This document shows positions 35,330-49,520 of a stretch of 64,000 bases of DNA, piece by piece. Source of the DNA: Eledone cirrhosa. Its lineage: Eukaryota. Below the pieces are notes generated by a model. The model was not told where the DNA came from. It ran no database searches and was given only the letters and a program-made list of their open reading frames with translations. The translations under genes were made by a program, and so were the position numbers. Position 1 is the first letter of the stretch; every line of letters begins with the position of its first letter. The stretch is taken from NCBI GenBank assembly GCA_964016885.1, contig OZ024766.1, forward strand, positions 20,088,001 through 20,152,000, read 5' to 3'.

Positions 35330-38062
35330 ACTATGTGAGGTAAAGCCTTTACTGTGACAATACAATAGTATATATAGAGTAATGTAAATGTTATGTGAGA
35401 TATTATGTGAGGTAAAGCCTTTACTGTGACAATACAATAGTATATATAGAGTAATGTAAATGTTATGTGAGGTATTATGTGAGGTAAAGCCTTTACTGTG
35501 ACAATACAATAGTATATATAGAGTAATGTAAATGTTATGTGAGATATTATGTGAGGTAAAGCCTTTACTGTGACAATACAATAGTATATATAGAGTAATG
35601 TAAATGTTATGTGAGATATTATGTGAGGTAAAGCCTTTACTGTGACAATACAATAGTATATATAGAGTAATGTAAATGTTATGTGAGGTATTATGTGAGG
35701 TAAAGCCTTTACTGTGACAATACAATAGTATATATAGAGTAATGTAAATGTTATGTGAGATATTATGTGAGGTAAAGCCTTTACTGTGACAATACAATAG
35801 TATATATAGAGTAATGTAAATGTTATGTGAGATATTATGTGAGGTAAAGCCTTTACTGTGACAATACAATAGTATATATAGAGTAATGTAAATGTTATGT
35901 GAGGTATTATGTGAGGTAAAGCCTTTACTGTGACAATACAATAGTATATATAGAGTAATGTAAATGTTATGTGAGATATTATGTGAGGTAAAGCCTTTAC
36001 TGTGAAAATACAATAGTATATATAGAGTAATGTAAATGCTATGTGAGATATTATGTGAAGTAAAGCCTTTACTGTGAAAATACAATAGTATATATAGAGT
36101 AATGTAAATGTTATGTGAGATATTATGTGAGGTAAAGCCTTTACTGTGACAATACAATAGTATATATAGAGTAATGTAAATGTTATGTGAGATATTATGT
36201 GAGGTAAAGCCTTTACTGTGACAATACAATAGTATATATAGAGTAATGTAAATGTTATGTGAGGTATTATGTGAGGTAAAGCCTTTACTGTGACAATACA
36301 ATAGTATATATAGAGTAATGTAAATGTTATGTGAGGTAAAGCCTTTACTGTGACAATACAATAGTATATATAGAGTAATGTAAATGTTATGTGAGATATT
36401 ATGTGAGGTAAAGCCTTTACTGTGACAATACAATAGTATATATAGAGTAATGTAAATGTTATGTGAGGTATTATGTGAGGTAAAGCCTTTACTGTGACAA
36501 TACAATAGTATATATAGAGTAATGTAAATGTTATGTGAGGTATTATGTGAGGTAAAGCCTTTACTGTGACAATACAATAGTATATATAGAGTAATGTAAA
36601 TGTTATGTGAGATATTATGTGAGGTAAAGCCTTTACTGTGAAAATACAATAGTATATATAGAGTAATGTAAATGCTATGTGAGATATTATGTGAAGTAAA
36701 GCCTTTACTGTGAAAATACAATAGTATATATAGAGTAATGTAAATGTTATGTGAGATATTATGTGAAGTAAAGCCTTTACTGTGAAAATACAATAGTATA
36801 TATAGAGTAATGTAAATGTTATGTGAGATATTATGTGAGGTAAAGCCTTTACTGTGACAATGTGACAATACAATAGTATATATAGAGTAATGTAAATGTT
36901 ATGTGAGGTATTATGTGAGGTAAAGCCTTTACTGTGACAATACAATAGTATATATAGAGTAATGTAAATGTTATGTGAGATATTATGTGAGGTAAAGCCT
37001 TTACTGTGACAATACAATAGTATATATAGAGTAATGTAAATGTTATGTGAGATATTATGTGAGGTAAAGCCTTTACTGTGACAATACAATAGTATATATA
37101 GAGTAATGTAAATGTTATGTGAGGTATTATGTGAGGTAAAGCCTTTACTGTGAAAATACAATAGTATATATAGAGTAATGTAAATGCTATGTGAGATATT
37201 ATGTGAAGTAAAGCCTTTACTGTGAAAATACAATAGTATATATAGAGTAATGTAAATGTTATGTGAGATATTATGTGAGGTAAAGCCTTTACTGTGAAAA
37301 TACAATAGTATATATAGAGTAATGTAAATGCTATGTGAGATATTATGTGAAGTAAAGCCTTTACTGTGAAAATACAATAGTATATATAGAGTAATGTAAA
37401 TGTTATGTGAGATATTATGTGAAGTAAAGCCTTTACTGTGAAAATACAATAGTATATATAGAGTAATGTAAATGTTATGTGAGGTATTATGTGAGGTAAA
37501 GCCTTTACTGTGACAATACAATAGTATATATAGAGTAATGTAAATGTTATGTGAGATATTATGTGAGGTAAAGCCTTTACTGTGACAATACAATAGTATA
37601 TATAGAGTAATGTAAATGCTATGTGAGGTATTATGTGAGGTAAAGACTTTACTGTGACAATACAATAGTATATATAGAGTAATGTAAATGTTATGTGAGA
37701 TATTATGTGAGGTAAAGCCTTTACTGTGACAATACAATAGTATATATAGAGTAATGTAAATGTTATGTGAGATATTATGTGAGGTAAAGCCTTTACTGTG
37801 ACAATACAATAGTATATATAGAGTAATGTAAATGTTATGTGAGGTATTATGTGAGGTAAAGCCTTTACTGTGACAATACAATAGTATATATAGAGTAATG
37901 TAAATGTTTTGTGAGATATTATGTGAGGTAAAGCCTTTACTGTGACAATACTATAGTATATATAGAGTAATGTAAATGTTATGTGAGATATTATGTGAGG
38001 TAAAGCCTTTACTGTGACAATACAATAGTATATATAGAGTAATGTAAATGCTAAAGGGTTAA
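35330..38062 (-). repeat. 72-bp tandem array, about 38 copies, starting at TTAACCCTTTAGCATT on the minus strand
   Basis: TAAAGCCTTT recurs at 35341 and 35413; terminal TAAAGGGTTAA at 38052-38062. Confidence 0.95.
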
Positions 38063-38074
38063 TTGCTAAAGGAC

Positions 38075-38331
38075 TAAGTTGCAACACAAACTTCAAGAAA
38101 CCAGCCAACCACCTGATTACCTACCAATCAGAGGAGGGAAAATAAGCCACATGGATTCCATGCTCACCAGGAAGTAAGGCAGGAAAATGATTTTAAATGC
38201 CAAAACCTTTCCTGGGGGGAGAATGTATCACCCAACCTAGACTAGTTGTTCACAATGCCCTCTTTCTGGTGAGACAACCAAGGATGAGGACTTAGCTGTG
38301 AATAAACCACTTTATTTGGCATTTGTAGATG
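38075..38331 (+). mobile_element. RTE endonuclease and RT fragments, internally deleted
   Basis: CNTNFKKPANHLITYQS..NAKTFPGGECITQPRLVV, then NKPLYLAFVD. Confidence 0.7.
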
Positions 38332-38468
38332 ATGATGATAAAAGAATGATAAAGGAAACAATCACTGTAAAATATGCAACATCTTCACAATATTTTTTCT
38401 CTTCTTTCTCTCTCTCTCTCTCTCCCCCGCTTTCTCTCTCCTTTTATATATATATATATATATATATA

Positions 38469-38715
38469 GCGGCGATGAATTAGTTTTGCGAGGTTTTTTA
38501 TATGAAATCGTGTGTCGAATAGACAGACTGAACAAAAAAAAATGGCGTAGACATACAACACAACAGGAGGAACAATGAATATAACACCACTGACGATGTT
38601 GCAGATGTGCAACGAAAGATTTATGTAAACTATATATATATGTGTTTGTCTATATTGTATCTGTATTATTTTTGACCGCCGGTCAGTCAATGGCAACATT
38701 GAGGACCGAGTAAGT
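38469..38715 (+). promoter_or_regulatory. Candidate promoter / non-coding first exon ending in a GTAAGT donor
   Basis: About 14 CpGs in roughly 340 bp of AT-rich unique DNA, YY1-like AAAATGGCG (38539-38547), CGA|GTAAGT at 38709/38710. Confidence 0.5.
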
Positions 38716-38834
38716 TAGATTGCAGATATATATATATAAAAGACAGCGAGAAGCGAAAACCAACCAAACAGTGAGTGTGTTCTGTTATTAATTCTGGCAA
38801 TATTACGCAAATATGACCCTCCCCAAATATAACA

Positions 38835-38886
<52 letters not shown>

Positions 38887-38921
38887 AGCGTATAGAAATA
38901 TGTATATATATATATGATAAT

Positions 38922-39096
38922 TGTTTCTACTTTTGGCACAAGGCCAGCTATTACCCCAGTGTATTACTGGTACTTTATTTTATCGACCCCGTAAGGATGA
39001 AAGGCAAAGTTAACCTCGGCGGGATTTGAACTCAGACTGTAAAGGGACGTAACTATGCTAGAAAGCATGGCGTCCAACCCTCTACCGCTACTGCCA
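38922..39096 (-). mobile_element. Second SINE family with 10-bp TSD ATATGATAAT
   Basis: B box GAGTTCAAATCC on the minus strand; TSD at 38912-38921 and 39097-39106; empty site in the paralogous copy near 21120-21135. Confidence 0.75.
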
Positions 39097-39106
39097 ATAT
39101 GATAAT

Positions 39107-41120
39107 GATAATGAAAATTGTTGTGTACAGTGTTCAGGTGCACTACAACTCATCAAAGTTGCATGTATGGTACATAGAATAATGTACAAATGTCAGGAAA
39201 GTGAACAGTGTATGAGTCATGATATACACACAGATACATGTGTGTGTATGGAGGGGAATATTAGGTGTAGTGTTGGTGAATCTCAGGAAACATGGAGGTT
39301 TGTTCCATGGAGGTTTTAAAGGATGCAGTGTCTCGACAGCTAACAACTGATGCAGGGAGTTTGTTCCATGGAGGTTTTAAAGGATGCAGTGTCCCGACAG
39401 CTAACAACTGATGCAGGGAGTTTGTTCCATGGAGGTTTTAAAGGATGCAGTGTCTCGACAGCTAACAACTGATGCAGGGAGTTTGTTCCATGGAGGCCTT
39501 AAAGGATGCAGTGTCTCGACAGCTAACAACTGATGCAGGGAGTTTGTTCCATGGAGGTGTTAAAGGATGCAGTGTCTCGACAGCTAACAACTGATGCAGG
39601 GAGTTTGTTCCATGGAGGTTTTAAAGGATGCAGTGTCTCGCCAGCTAACAACTGATGCAGGTAGTTTGTTCCATGGAGGTTTTAAAGGATGCAGTGTCTC
39701 GACAGCTAACAACTGATGCAGGGAGTTTGTTCCATGGAGGTTTTAAAGGATGCAGTGTCTCGACAGCTAACAACTGATGCAGGAGGTTTGTTCCATGGAG
39801 GTTTTAAAGGATGTTGTGTCTCGACAGCTAACAACTGATGCAGGTAGTTTGTTCCATGGAGGTTTTAAAGGATGCAGTGTCTCGACAGCTAACAACTGAT
39901 GCAGGAGGTTTGTTCCATGGAGGTTTTAAAGGATGCAGTGTCTCGACAGCTAACAACTGATGCAGGGAGTTTGTTCCATGGAGGTTTTAAAGGATGCAGT
40001 GTCTCGACAGCTAACAACTGATGCAGGGAGTTTGTTCCATGGAGGTTTTAAAGGATGCAGTGTCTCGCCAGCTAACAACTGATGCAGGTAGTTTGTTCCA
40101 TGGAGGTTTTAAAGGATGCAGTGTCTCGACAGCTAACAACTGATGCAGGGAGTTTGTTCCATGGAGGTTTTAAAGGATGCAGTGTCTCGACAGCTAACAA
40201 CTGATGCAGGAGGTTTGTTCCATGGAGGTTTTAAAGGATGTTGTGTCTCGACAGCTAACAACTGATGCAGGTAGTTTGTTCCATGGAGGTTTTAAAGGAT
40301 GCAGTGTCTCGACAGCTAACAACTGATGCAGGTAGTTTGTTCCACGGAGGTTTTAAAGGATGCAGTGTCTCGACAGCTAACAACTGATGCAGGTAGTTTG
40401 TTCCATGGAGGTTTTAAAGGATGCAGTGTCTCGACAGCTAACAACTGATGCAGGCAGTTTGTTCCATGGAGGTTTTAAAGGATGCAGTGTCTCGACAGCT
40501 GGCAACTGATGCAGGTAGTTTGTTCCATGGAGGTTTTAAAGGATGCAGTGTCTCGACAGCTAACAACTGATGCAGGGAGTTTGTTCCATGGAGGTTTTAA
40601 AGGATGCAGTGTCTCGACAGCTAACAACTGATGCAGGGAGTTTGTTCCATGGAGGTTTTAAAGGATGCAGTGTCTCGACAGCTAACAACTGATGCAGGGA
40701 GTTTGTTCTATGGAGGTTTTAAAGGATGCAGTGTCTCGACAGCTAACAACTGATGCAGGTAGTTTGTTCCATGGAGGTTTTAAAGGATGCTGTGTCTCGA
40801 CAGCTAACAACTGATGCTGGAAGTTTGTTCCATGGAGGTTTTAAAGGATGCAGTGTCTCGACAGCTAACAACTGATGCAGGGAGTTTGTTCCATGGAGGT
40901 TTTAAAGGATGCAGTGTCTCGACAGCTAACAACTGATGCAGGGAGTTTGTTCCATGGAGATTTTAAAGGATGCAGTGTCTCGACAGCTAACAACTGATGC
41001 AGGGAGTTTGTTCCATGCTTCAGCAACTCTGAGCATGAAAAGAATGTTTCTGAAAGTCATGGTAGCTGTGCTGTTTTCTGACTTTGTTGGCATGTCCACG
41101 TGTGTTAGACACTGGGAGTG
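39107..41120 (-). mobile_element. CR1-clade LINE 3' end with a 61-bp segment expanded about 28 times (39300-41016)
   Basis: Unit CCATGGAGGTTTTAAAGGATGCAGTGTCTCGACAGCTAACAACTGATGCAGGGAGTTTGTT is antisense to WNKLPASVVSCRDTASFKTSM; flanks continue as LINE sequence. Confidence 0.9.
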
Positions 41121-41276
41121 TTTCCAAAGGAAGGTCTTTGACAGGGCCCGCTCACTCTATAATCTGGTGGTCACTTAGGAAACTAGGTGTAGATGATGAG
41201 GGCTGTGTATATATATATATATAATTACATAGTGTACTATATATGTATCTATATATATATATTCATATACACAGTA

Positions 41277-41315
<39 letters not shown>

Positions 41316-41569
41316 TAACCCATGCTAGCGTGGAAGATGGACGTTAAACGATGATGATGATGATGATGATATATATATAACGATAAACGATGATGATGAT
41401 GATATATATATAAAAATATATATATGTATATATACACATATTTATATTAATATATATAAAAATATATAATGCACTGCCTGTGTATTGAGTACATTTAAGC
41501 TGTTTGACTTCTTTGTACATATATACAAAGAAGTCATTATTTCATTATATACACACACTCACACACATA

Positions 41570-41603
<34 letters not shown>

Positions 41604-41640
41604 CACACACCCACACACACATACATGTATGTATATATAT

Positions 41641-42498
41641 ATCATCATCATCATCATCATTTTATGTCCCCTTTTCCCTGCTTGCAAGGGTGGGACGGGT
41701 CCTATTCAGCACAGCATCTCTCCACTTGTCACGGTCCTTCGTCATCTCCTCCGTGAGCTTCAGCAATCTGAGGTCTGTTCTCACCACCTCCGCCCATGTT
41801 TTTCGTGGTCTACCTCTATCACGTCTTCCTTCAACTGGGATTTCCTGGCACTTCTTTACCCAGCGGTCATCCTCCATGTGCATCACATGTCCGTACCACC
41901 TCAGTCTTCTCTCCCACACACTACAACTTATCCCTCTTAGACACAGTTTCTCTCTCAACACATCACATGTCCATACCACCTCAGTCTCCTCTCCCACACA
42001 CCACAACTTATCCCTCTTATACACAGTTTCTCTCTCAACACATCACATGTCCATACCACCTCAGTCTCCTCTCCCACACACCACAACTTATCCCTCTTAT
42101 ACACAGTTTCTCTCTCAACACATCACACGTCCATACCATCTCAGTCTTCTCTCCCACACACCACAACTTATCCCTCTTATACCCAGTTTCTCTCTCAACA
42201 CATCACATGTCCATACCACCTCAGTCTTCTCTCCCACACACCACAACTTATCCCTCTTATACCCAGTTTCTCTCTCAACACATCACATGTCCATACCATC
42301 TCAGTCTTCTCTCCCACACACCACAACTTATCCCTCTTATACACAGTTTCTCTCTCAACACATCACATCTCCATACCATCTCAGTCTTCTCTCCCACACA
42401 CCACAACTTATCCCTCCTATACACAGTTTCTCTCTCAACTCATCCATGCTGGGTCGTTCACGCACATTGACATTGCACATCTAACGGAGCATGCTTGC
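41641..42498 (-). mobile_element. RTE family A 3' fragment with 7 x 80-bp internal repeats
   Basis: ERRLRWYGHVMHMEDDRWVKKC..GRPRKTWAEVV..DRDKWRDAV; period 80 (41921, 42001, ...). Confidence 0.9.
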
Positions 42499-42504
42499 CT
42501 CATT

Positions 42505-43170
42505 TCTCTCGATAGCTAACAACTGATGCAGGTAGTTTGTTCCATGCTTCAGCAACTCTGAGCGTGAAAAAATGTTTCCGAAAGTCATGGGAACTGTGCT
42601 GTTTTCTTACTTTGTGGGCATGCCCACGTGTGTTAGACACATGGAAATCAAAAACGTACTCAGGGTTGTTGTTGGCAACATGGTTAACAATTTTGTGGGT
42701 GTTTACCAAGTCAGTTGCCAGGCGTCAGAGCTTCAATGTATCCATGCCCAGGGAAGCAAGGCGCTCAGTGTATGGTAGATGCCTGATGGAGGGTATTCGC
42801 TTGGTTGCACATCTCTGAAAAGTTTCCAGGTGGTCAATATTCTGAGCAAGATAGGGGTTCCAGACTGGTGATGCAAATTCTAAGTGTGGCCGCACCATAG
42901 CCTTAAATAGAGGGCCGAGGGTGTCTTAGCATCACTCAGCAAGACCTTTGTACAGCCTTAAATAGATAGCTGGAGAGCGGCTGACAAAGGTCTTGCTGAG
43001 TGATGCTAAGACACCCTCGGCCCTCTTGACAATTTTAGAGACGTGCTTCGTCCAACGCAAATCGCTGCTGACCGTAATGCCCAGGTCACGTTCACAAGAG
43101 GACTTCTTGATATTAGTGCTGTGGAGGGAGTATGTGGACGCTGGGTTTTTACTCCCAAAATGCATGGTGG
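42505..43170 (-). mobile_element. CR1-clade LINE ORF2 C-terminal fragment
   Basis: MHFGSKN..ERDLGITVSSDLRW..VRPHLEFASPVWNP..NTRGHAHKV..RKHFFTLRVAEAWNKLP. Confidence 0.85.
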
Positions 43171-43439
43171 TGCTTATGCTTACCCACAGTGGGCTCGTCC
43201 AGTACCTGGGCCCACAAAATTATGGTTACACTGTGAGATGGGTTCGGCGCGGCCAACTGGCCCGTCCTTCCTCTTGAGCGGTGCCCGCCGGTACTGTCAG
43301 GATGACCCAGTTGACAAACCTACATTTCATGGTATTCTGGCTCCTCGCTGCTATTTCCAGCGTATCTATTGACCACCTAGAGGGTCCTATTGTTGTCTTG
43401 TGAGAGTTGTACTGTGTAGTGTATTGAAAACAGTGACAA

Positions 43440-44908
43440 TGGTCGTGGGGTGTGGGGGTAGGGTGGGGGTAGTGGTGGGGGAGTGTAGGTGGTGGTGGTG
43501 GTGGTGGTGTAGGGTGGGGGGAGTGTTGGTGGTGGTGGTGGTGGTGATGTGTGATAGTATTTGAGGTGGTGTGGTGGTGGTGGTGAGGGTGTAGTGGTGG
43601 TGGTGGTGGTGGTAGTGGGAGTGGTGTTGATGGTGGTGGTGGTGGTGGTGGTGGTGGTGGGAGTGGTGGTGGTGGTGGTGGTGGTGGTGAGGGTGTAGTG
43701 GTGGTGGTGGTGGTGGTAGTGGGTGTGGTGGTGGTGGTGGGTGTAGGGTGGGGGTAGTGGGGGTGGTAGTGGGAGTGGTGGTGGTGGTGGTGGTGGGTGT
43801 AGGGTGGGGGTAGTGGGAGTGGTAGTGGTGGTGGTGGTGGGTGTAGGGTGGGGGTAGTGGTGGTGGTAGTGGGAGTGGTGGTGGTGGTGGTGGGTGTAGG
43901 GTGGGGGTAGTGGGAGTGGTGGTGGTGGTGGTGTGGGTGTAGGGTGGTGGCAGTGGTGGTGGTGGAGGTAGTGGTTGTGGTGGTGGTGGTGGTGGTGGCA
44001 GTGGTGGTGGTGGTGGTAGTGGGAGTGGTGGTCGTGTGATATATATGTGTGTGTGTGTGTGGGTTGGGAGGCTCTGTATAGATGTGTGGTGTGTGTGTGG
44101 AAGTGTGTGTGTGTGTGTGTGAGCATGCATGTGTATATTTGTGTATGTGCATAAGAGTGTGTATATATATATATATATATTATGTATGTATGTGTGTCTA
44201 TATATGTGTGTGTGTGTGTGTCTATATGTGTGTGTGTTTATATATGTGTGTGTGTGTGTGTCTATGTGTGTGTGTGTGTGTATGTGTGTGTCTATATATA
44301 TGTGTGTGTGTGTGTTTATATATGTGTGTGTGTGTGTGTGTTTATATATGTGTATGTGTATGTGTGTGTTTATATATGTGTGTGTGTGTATGTCTATGTG
44401 TGTGTGTGTGTGTGTTTATATGTGTGTGTGTATGTCTATATGTGTGTGTGTGTGTGTTTATATGTGTGTGTGTGTATGTCTATATGTGTGTGTGTGTGTG
44501 TTTATATGTGTGTGTGTCTATATATATATGTGTGTGTGTGTGTGTTTATATATGTGTGTATGTGTATGTGTGTGTTTATATATGTGTGTGTGTGTATGTC
44601 TATATGTGTGTGTGTGTGTGTGTTTATATATGTGTGTGTGTGTGTGTGTCTATATGTGTGTGTGTGTATGTGTGTGTCTATATATGTGTATGTGTCTATA
44701 TATGTGTGTGTGTATGTCTATATATGTGTGTGTGTGTTTATATATGTGTGTGTGTGTGTGTCTATATATGTGTGTGTGTGTGTATGTGTTTATATATGTG
44801 TGTATATGTGTGTCTATATATGTGTGTGTGTGTGTGTTTATATATATGTGTGTGTGTGTGTCTATATATGTGTGTGTGTGTCTAAATATATGTGTGTGTG
44901 TGTGTGTA
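43440..44908. repeat. (GGT)n tract followed by (GT)n/(AT)n microsatellite
   Basis: Direct reading. Confidence 0.9.
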
Positions 44909-45231
44909 AGACACACTGTCCAGCTCCCCTTTAAATGTTATCAAAATAACCCCTTAACCCTTAAAAAAAACCCTCCACCCCACACCACTGCCACAAACCC
45001 CACCCTTTATATCTCACCCCTGGGCTCCCAGTCAAAGAAGAGAGGGGGGGGTGAAGAAGGGATTGAATGAACCCCTTATCTGTCAAGCCCCTTATTTCTT
45101 CTCCCCCTTCTCCTTCTCCCCATACTGACAAGAATTTAGGGGGTTTTTGTTAGGTCAAGGTCAATGAATGTAGAACAGGAAAGAGGTGGGGGGAGTCTTA
45201 AGTTGTCCCCTTTTTCTCCTCCCCCTCACTG

Positions 45232-45272
<41 letters not shown>

Positions 45273-45329
45273 TTCTCCTAACTGGCATGCTAGAAATGGC
45301 AGCCAAATTTAACACCAAAATCGCCACTG

Positions 45330-45890
45330 AAACCACCACCACCACAACAACCATTACCACCACACCACTACACCACCACCGCCACTATATACCATACCAC
45401 CACCACTACACCGCCACCGCCACTATAACCATACCACCACCACTACACCACCACCGCCGCCACCACCATCACTATAACCATACCACCACCACTACACCAC
45501 GACCGCCACCACCACTACTACACCACCACCACTACACCACCACCACTACACCACCACCACATCACCATCACCACTACACCACCACCACCACTACACCACC
45601 ACCACCACCACTACACCACCACCACCACCACCACCACCACTACACCACCACCACTACACCACCACCACCACCACATCACCATCACCACAATTACTACACC
45701 ACACCACCACACCACCACACCACCACCACCACACCACACCACCATTACTACACCACCACCACACCACCACCACCACAATTACTACACCACACCACCACCG
45801 CCACCACTACACCACCACCACCACCACCACACCACTACACCACCACACCACTACACCACCACACCACCACACCACCACCACTACGCCACC
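45330..45890. repeat. (ACC)n low-complexity tract
   Basis: Direct reading. Confidence 0.9.
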
Positions 45891-46127
45891 AAACGAGTGC
45901 TACCTAATAGGGACCCTGTTGTGACTACTCCTGACTCTGGCCCTTAAAAGTACTTCTGGTTTTCAGAAGACACACAGCTGTTTGTATCTGGGACCCAGAC
46001 AAGCTTTACCTTTGTAGATTCAGCACTCCCTGCAGCTATATACACACATATATATATATACATATGTATATATACATATGTGTGTGTGTGTGTATATATG
46101 TAGAAATATATAAATATATATATACAT

Positions 46128-47260
46128 GGAGGCATATGGCTTAGTGGTTAGAGCATTGGCCTTGCAATCGAAAGGTTGTGAGTTCAATTCTCAGACCGGG
46201 TGATGTGTTGTTTCCTTGAGCAAGACACTTTATTTCACATTGCTCCAGTTTACTCAGCTGTAGAAATGAGATGATAGGGACTGGGGTCCCTAGCACTCAC
46301 TGTAAAGTGGTCGTAGAGGTGCCACGGCAAAAAAGCACCCAGCACTCACTGTAAAGTAGTCGTGGAGGTGCCATGGCAAAAAAGCACCCAGCACTCACTG
46401 TAAAGCGGTCGTGGAGGTGCCACGGCAAAAAAGCACCCAGCACTCACTGTAAAGTGGTCATGGAGGTGCCACAGCAAAAACCACCCAGCCCACACTGTAA
46501 AGTGGTCGTGGAGGTGCCACAGCAAAAAAAGCACCCAGCACTCACTGTAAAGTGGTCATGGAGGTGCCACGGCAAAAACCACCCAGCCCACACTGTAAAG
46601 TGGTCGTGGAGGTGCCACGGCAAAAAAAGCACCCAGCACTCACTGTAAAGTGGACATGGAGGTGCCACGGCAAAAAAGCACCCAGCACTCACTGTAAAGT
46701 GGTCGTGGAGGTGCCACGGCAAAAAAAGCACCCAGCACTCACTGTAAAGTGGTCGTGGAGGTGCCACAGCAAAAAAGCACTCAGCCCACACTGTAAAGCG
46801 GTCGTGGAGGTGCCACGGCAAAAAAAGCACCCAGCACTCACTGTAAAGTGGTCGTGGAGGTGCCACAGCAAAAAAGCACTCAGCCCACACTGTAAAGTGG
46901 TCGTGGAGGTGCCACAGCAAAAAAAGCACCCAGCACTCACTGTAAAGTGGTCGTGGAGGTGCCACGGCAAAAAAAGCACCCAGCACTCACTGTAAAGCGG
47001 TCGTGGAGGTGCCACGGCAAAAAAGCACTCAGCCCACACTGTAAAGCGGTCGTGGAGGTGCCACGGCAAAAAAGCACCCAGCACTCACTGTAAAGTGGTC
47101 GTAGAGGTGCCACGGCAAAAAAGCACCCAGCACTCACTGTAAATGAGGTTGGTGTTAGGAAGGGCATCCAGCTGTAGAAATCAAGCCAGAACCAGTTCCC
47201 GTCCCACCCTTGCAAGCAGGGGAAAGCAGACGTAGAATGATGATGATGAAAATGATGATG
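46128..47260 (+). mobile_element. Full-length CORE-like SINE, about 17 x 49-bp repeats, tail type A
   Basis: Complete head at 46128; tail CCCGTCCCACCCTTGCAAGCAGGG then (ATG)n. Confidence 0.85.
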
Positions 47261-47310
47261 ATATGTGTGAATGGTTTATATTTGAACAATACAAGGTTAT
47301 ATTTAACACT

Positions 47311-47349
<39 letters not shown>

Positions 47350-47707
47350 ATACTGTTATATATATATATATATTGTTATATTGTTATACTTTGGGAGAGT
47401 CAAATTCTGAAACGAAATCCATACATATATATATACGCCTATATACACACACATATATATATATATACACACACACCTATATACACACACACATATATAT
47501 ATATTATATTTACTATTCAATGCGGAAGTCATCATATGGTCCAGGGCCTTAGAACACAATGAAAATATTAAATTTATTTGTATATTCAAAATATTTTATC
47601 AAATTACATCTCCAACCCCTTTCAATCTGGGCCTGATATCTAATCCGATATTACACAAGCAGCAAGGAAAGCTATTATTAATTTTAACAGCGATCTGTTA
47701 ATATATT

Positions 47708-47872
47708 CTACCATACTCTGAGAGCCTTGCTTCCCTGGGCATGGATACATTGAAGCTCCGACGCCTGGCAACTGACTTGGTAAACGCCCAGAAAATTGTT
47801 AACCATCTTGCCAACAACAACCCTGAGCACCTTTTTGATTTCCATGTGTCTAACACACGTGGGCATGCCTAC
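47708..47872 (+). mobile_element. CR1-clade ORF2 fragment
   Basis: LPYSESLASLGMDTLKLRRLATDLVN..NTRGHAY; inverted homologue of about 42615-42780. Confidence 0.8.
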
Positions 47873-49108
47873 CTCATCATCGTTTAGCATCCATTCTTCC
47901 ATGCTAGCGTGGGTTTAGATGGGAATTGTGCCAATTGAGGTAAGATTGGTTGTCTCGCTCGTATAGGACTGTCTGGCAGGTTTTCTACGGCTGGATGCCC
48001 TTCCTAACACCAACCATGTTTACAATGTGGACTGGGAGGTTTTTACTGTGTTACCTACACAGACACATTACAGTGTGGACTGTGAGGTTTTTACCGTGTT
48101 ACCTACACAGACACATTACAGTGTGGACTGTGAGGTTTTTACTGTGTTACCTACACGGCCGCATTACAGTGTGGACTGGGAGGTTTTTACCGTGTTACCT
48201 ACACAGCCACATTACAGTGTGGACTGTGAGGTTTTTACTGTGTTACCTACACAGCCACATTACAGCGTGGACTGGGAGGTTTTTACCGTGTTACCTACAC
48301 GGCCGCATTACAGTGTGGACTGTGAGGTTTTTACTGTGTTACCTACACGGCCACATTACAGTGTGGACTGTGAGGTATTTACTGTGTTACCTACACAGCC
48401 ACATTACAGTGTGGACTGTGAGGTTTTTACTGTGTTACCTACACAGCCACATTACAGCGTGGACTGGGAGGTTTTTACCGTGTTACCTACACGGCCGCAT
48501 TACAGTGTGGACTGGGAGGTTTTTACTGTGTTACCTACACGGCCACATTACAGTGTGGACTGTGAGGTATTTACTGTGTTACCTACACAGCCACATTACA
48601 GTGTGGACTGGGAGGTTTTTACTGTGTTACCTACACGGCCACATTACAGTGTGGACTGGGAGGTTTTTACTGTGTTACCTACACGGCCACATTACAGTGT
48701 GGACTGTGAGGTTTTTACTGTGTTACCTACACAGCCACATTACAGCATGGACTGGGAGGTTTTTACTGTGTTACCTACACAGCCACATTACAGCGTGGAC
48801 TGTGTATTTTTTTGTCGTAACACCTACACGACCTCATTTGTTTAGGACTGGATGTTGTGGTACCAACATAACTTTACATCGAAAGGGGTGGTGTTGATGT
48901 GGGCTGAGGTAGGGGTAGTGGGATAGGGGTGTATTTGGGGTTAAGAGGTGCCTACTGACTGTAGTAGGTTTTGCTTTGTACATAGGCAAGGCGGGTCTTC
49001 TGTATTACTGCGTAGCACCAAAGATCTCGGTCCAGTGACATTGTCTTAGAGAGGTGCAAGTGTGTGATGTCAGAATTTATCAAATCGTCCCAGGTTTTTC
49101 TGGGTCAG
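47873..49108 (-). mobile_element. RTE family B ORF end plus 3' UTR with about 16 x 48-bp repeats
   Basis: Minus strand PRKTWDDLINSD..DRDLWCYAVIQKTRL, then UTR; period 48 (48066, 48114). Confidence 0.85.
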
Positions 49109-49150
49109 CTATATATCACCGTAAAGTGATATATATATCACCGTAAAGTG

Positions 49151-49182
<32 letters not shown>

Positions 49183-49520
49183 GCTTATACATACATGTAA
49201 ACCCAGAGATATATGTAAATTGACTCATGGTGATGTTATTATGGGAGTTAAAGGTTCGAAATATGGGATTGGAATAATAATGGGTTATTAATGGCGCTAA
49301 TTAAGGGGAAAGATGAACGAATTAGTAGATAATTGAGAAGGTTCTGGTATATTGCACATACCAAGTTATAAAGCATGACTACATTAAAGGGTGCTGTTGT
49401 GGAGGGGTAGGGTTTAGAGAGCTGAACTATATTAGTGTAGATTTACTGTAACAAACTTGAATTTTATTATTGCAAACACTATACATATTTCAAGGGTTTA
49501 GTTACGTATGAACTTGGTGA

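Noticed and set aside
35285-38108. 500-860 aa ORFs with 24-aa repeats (also 54099-55724)
   Set aside because: Product of a 72-bp satellite open in two frames, with frameshifts and no coding context.
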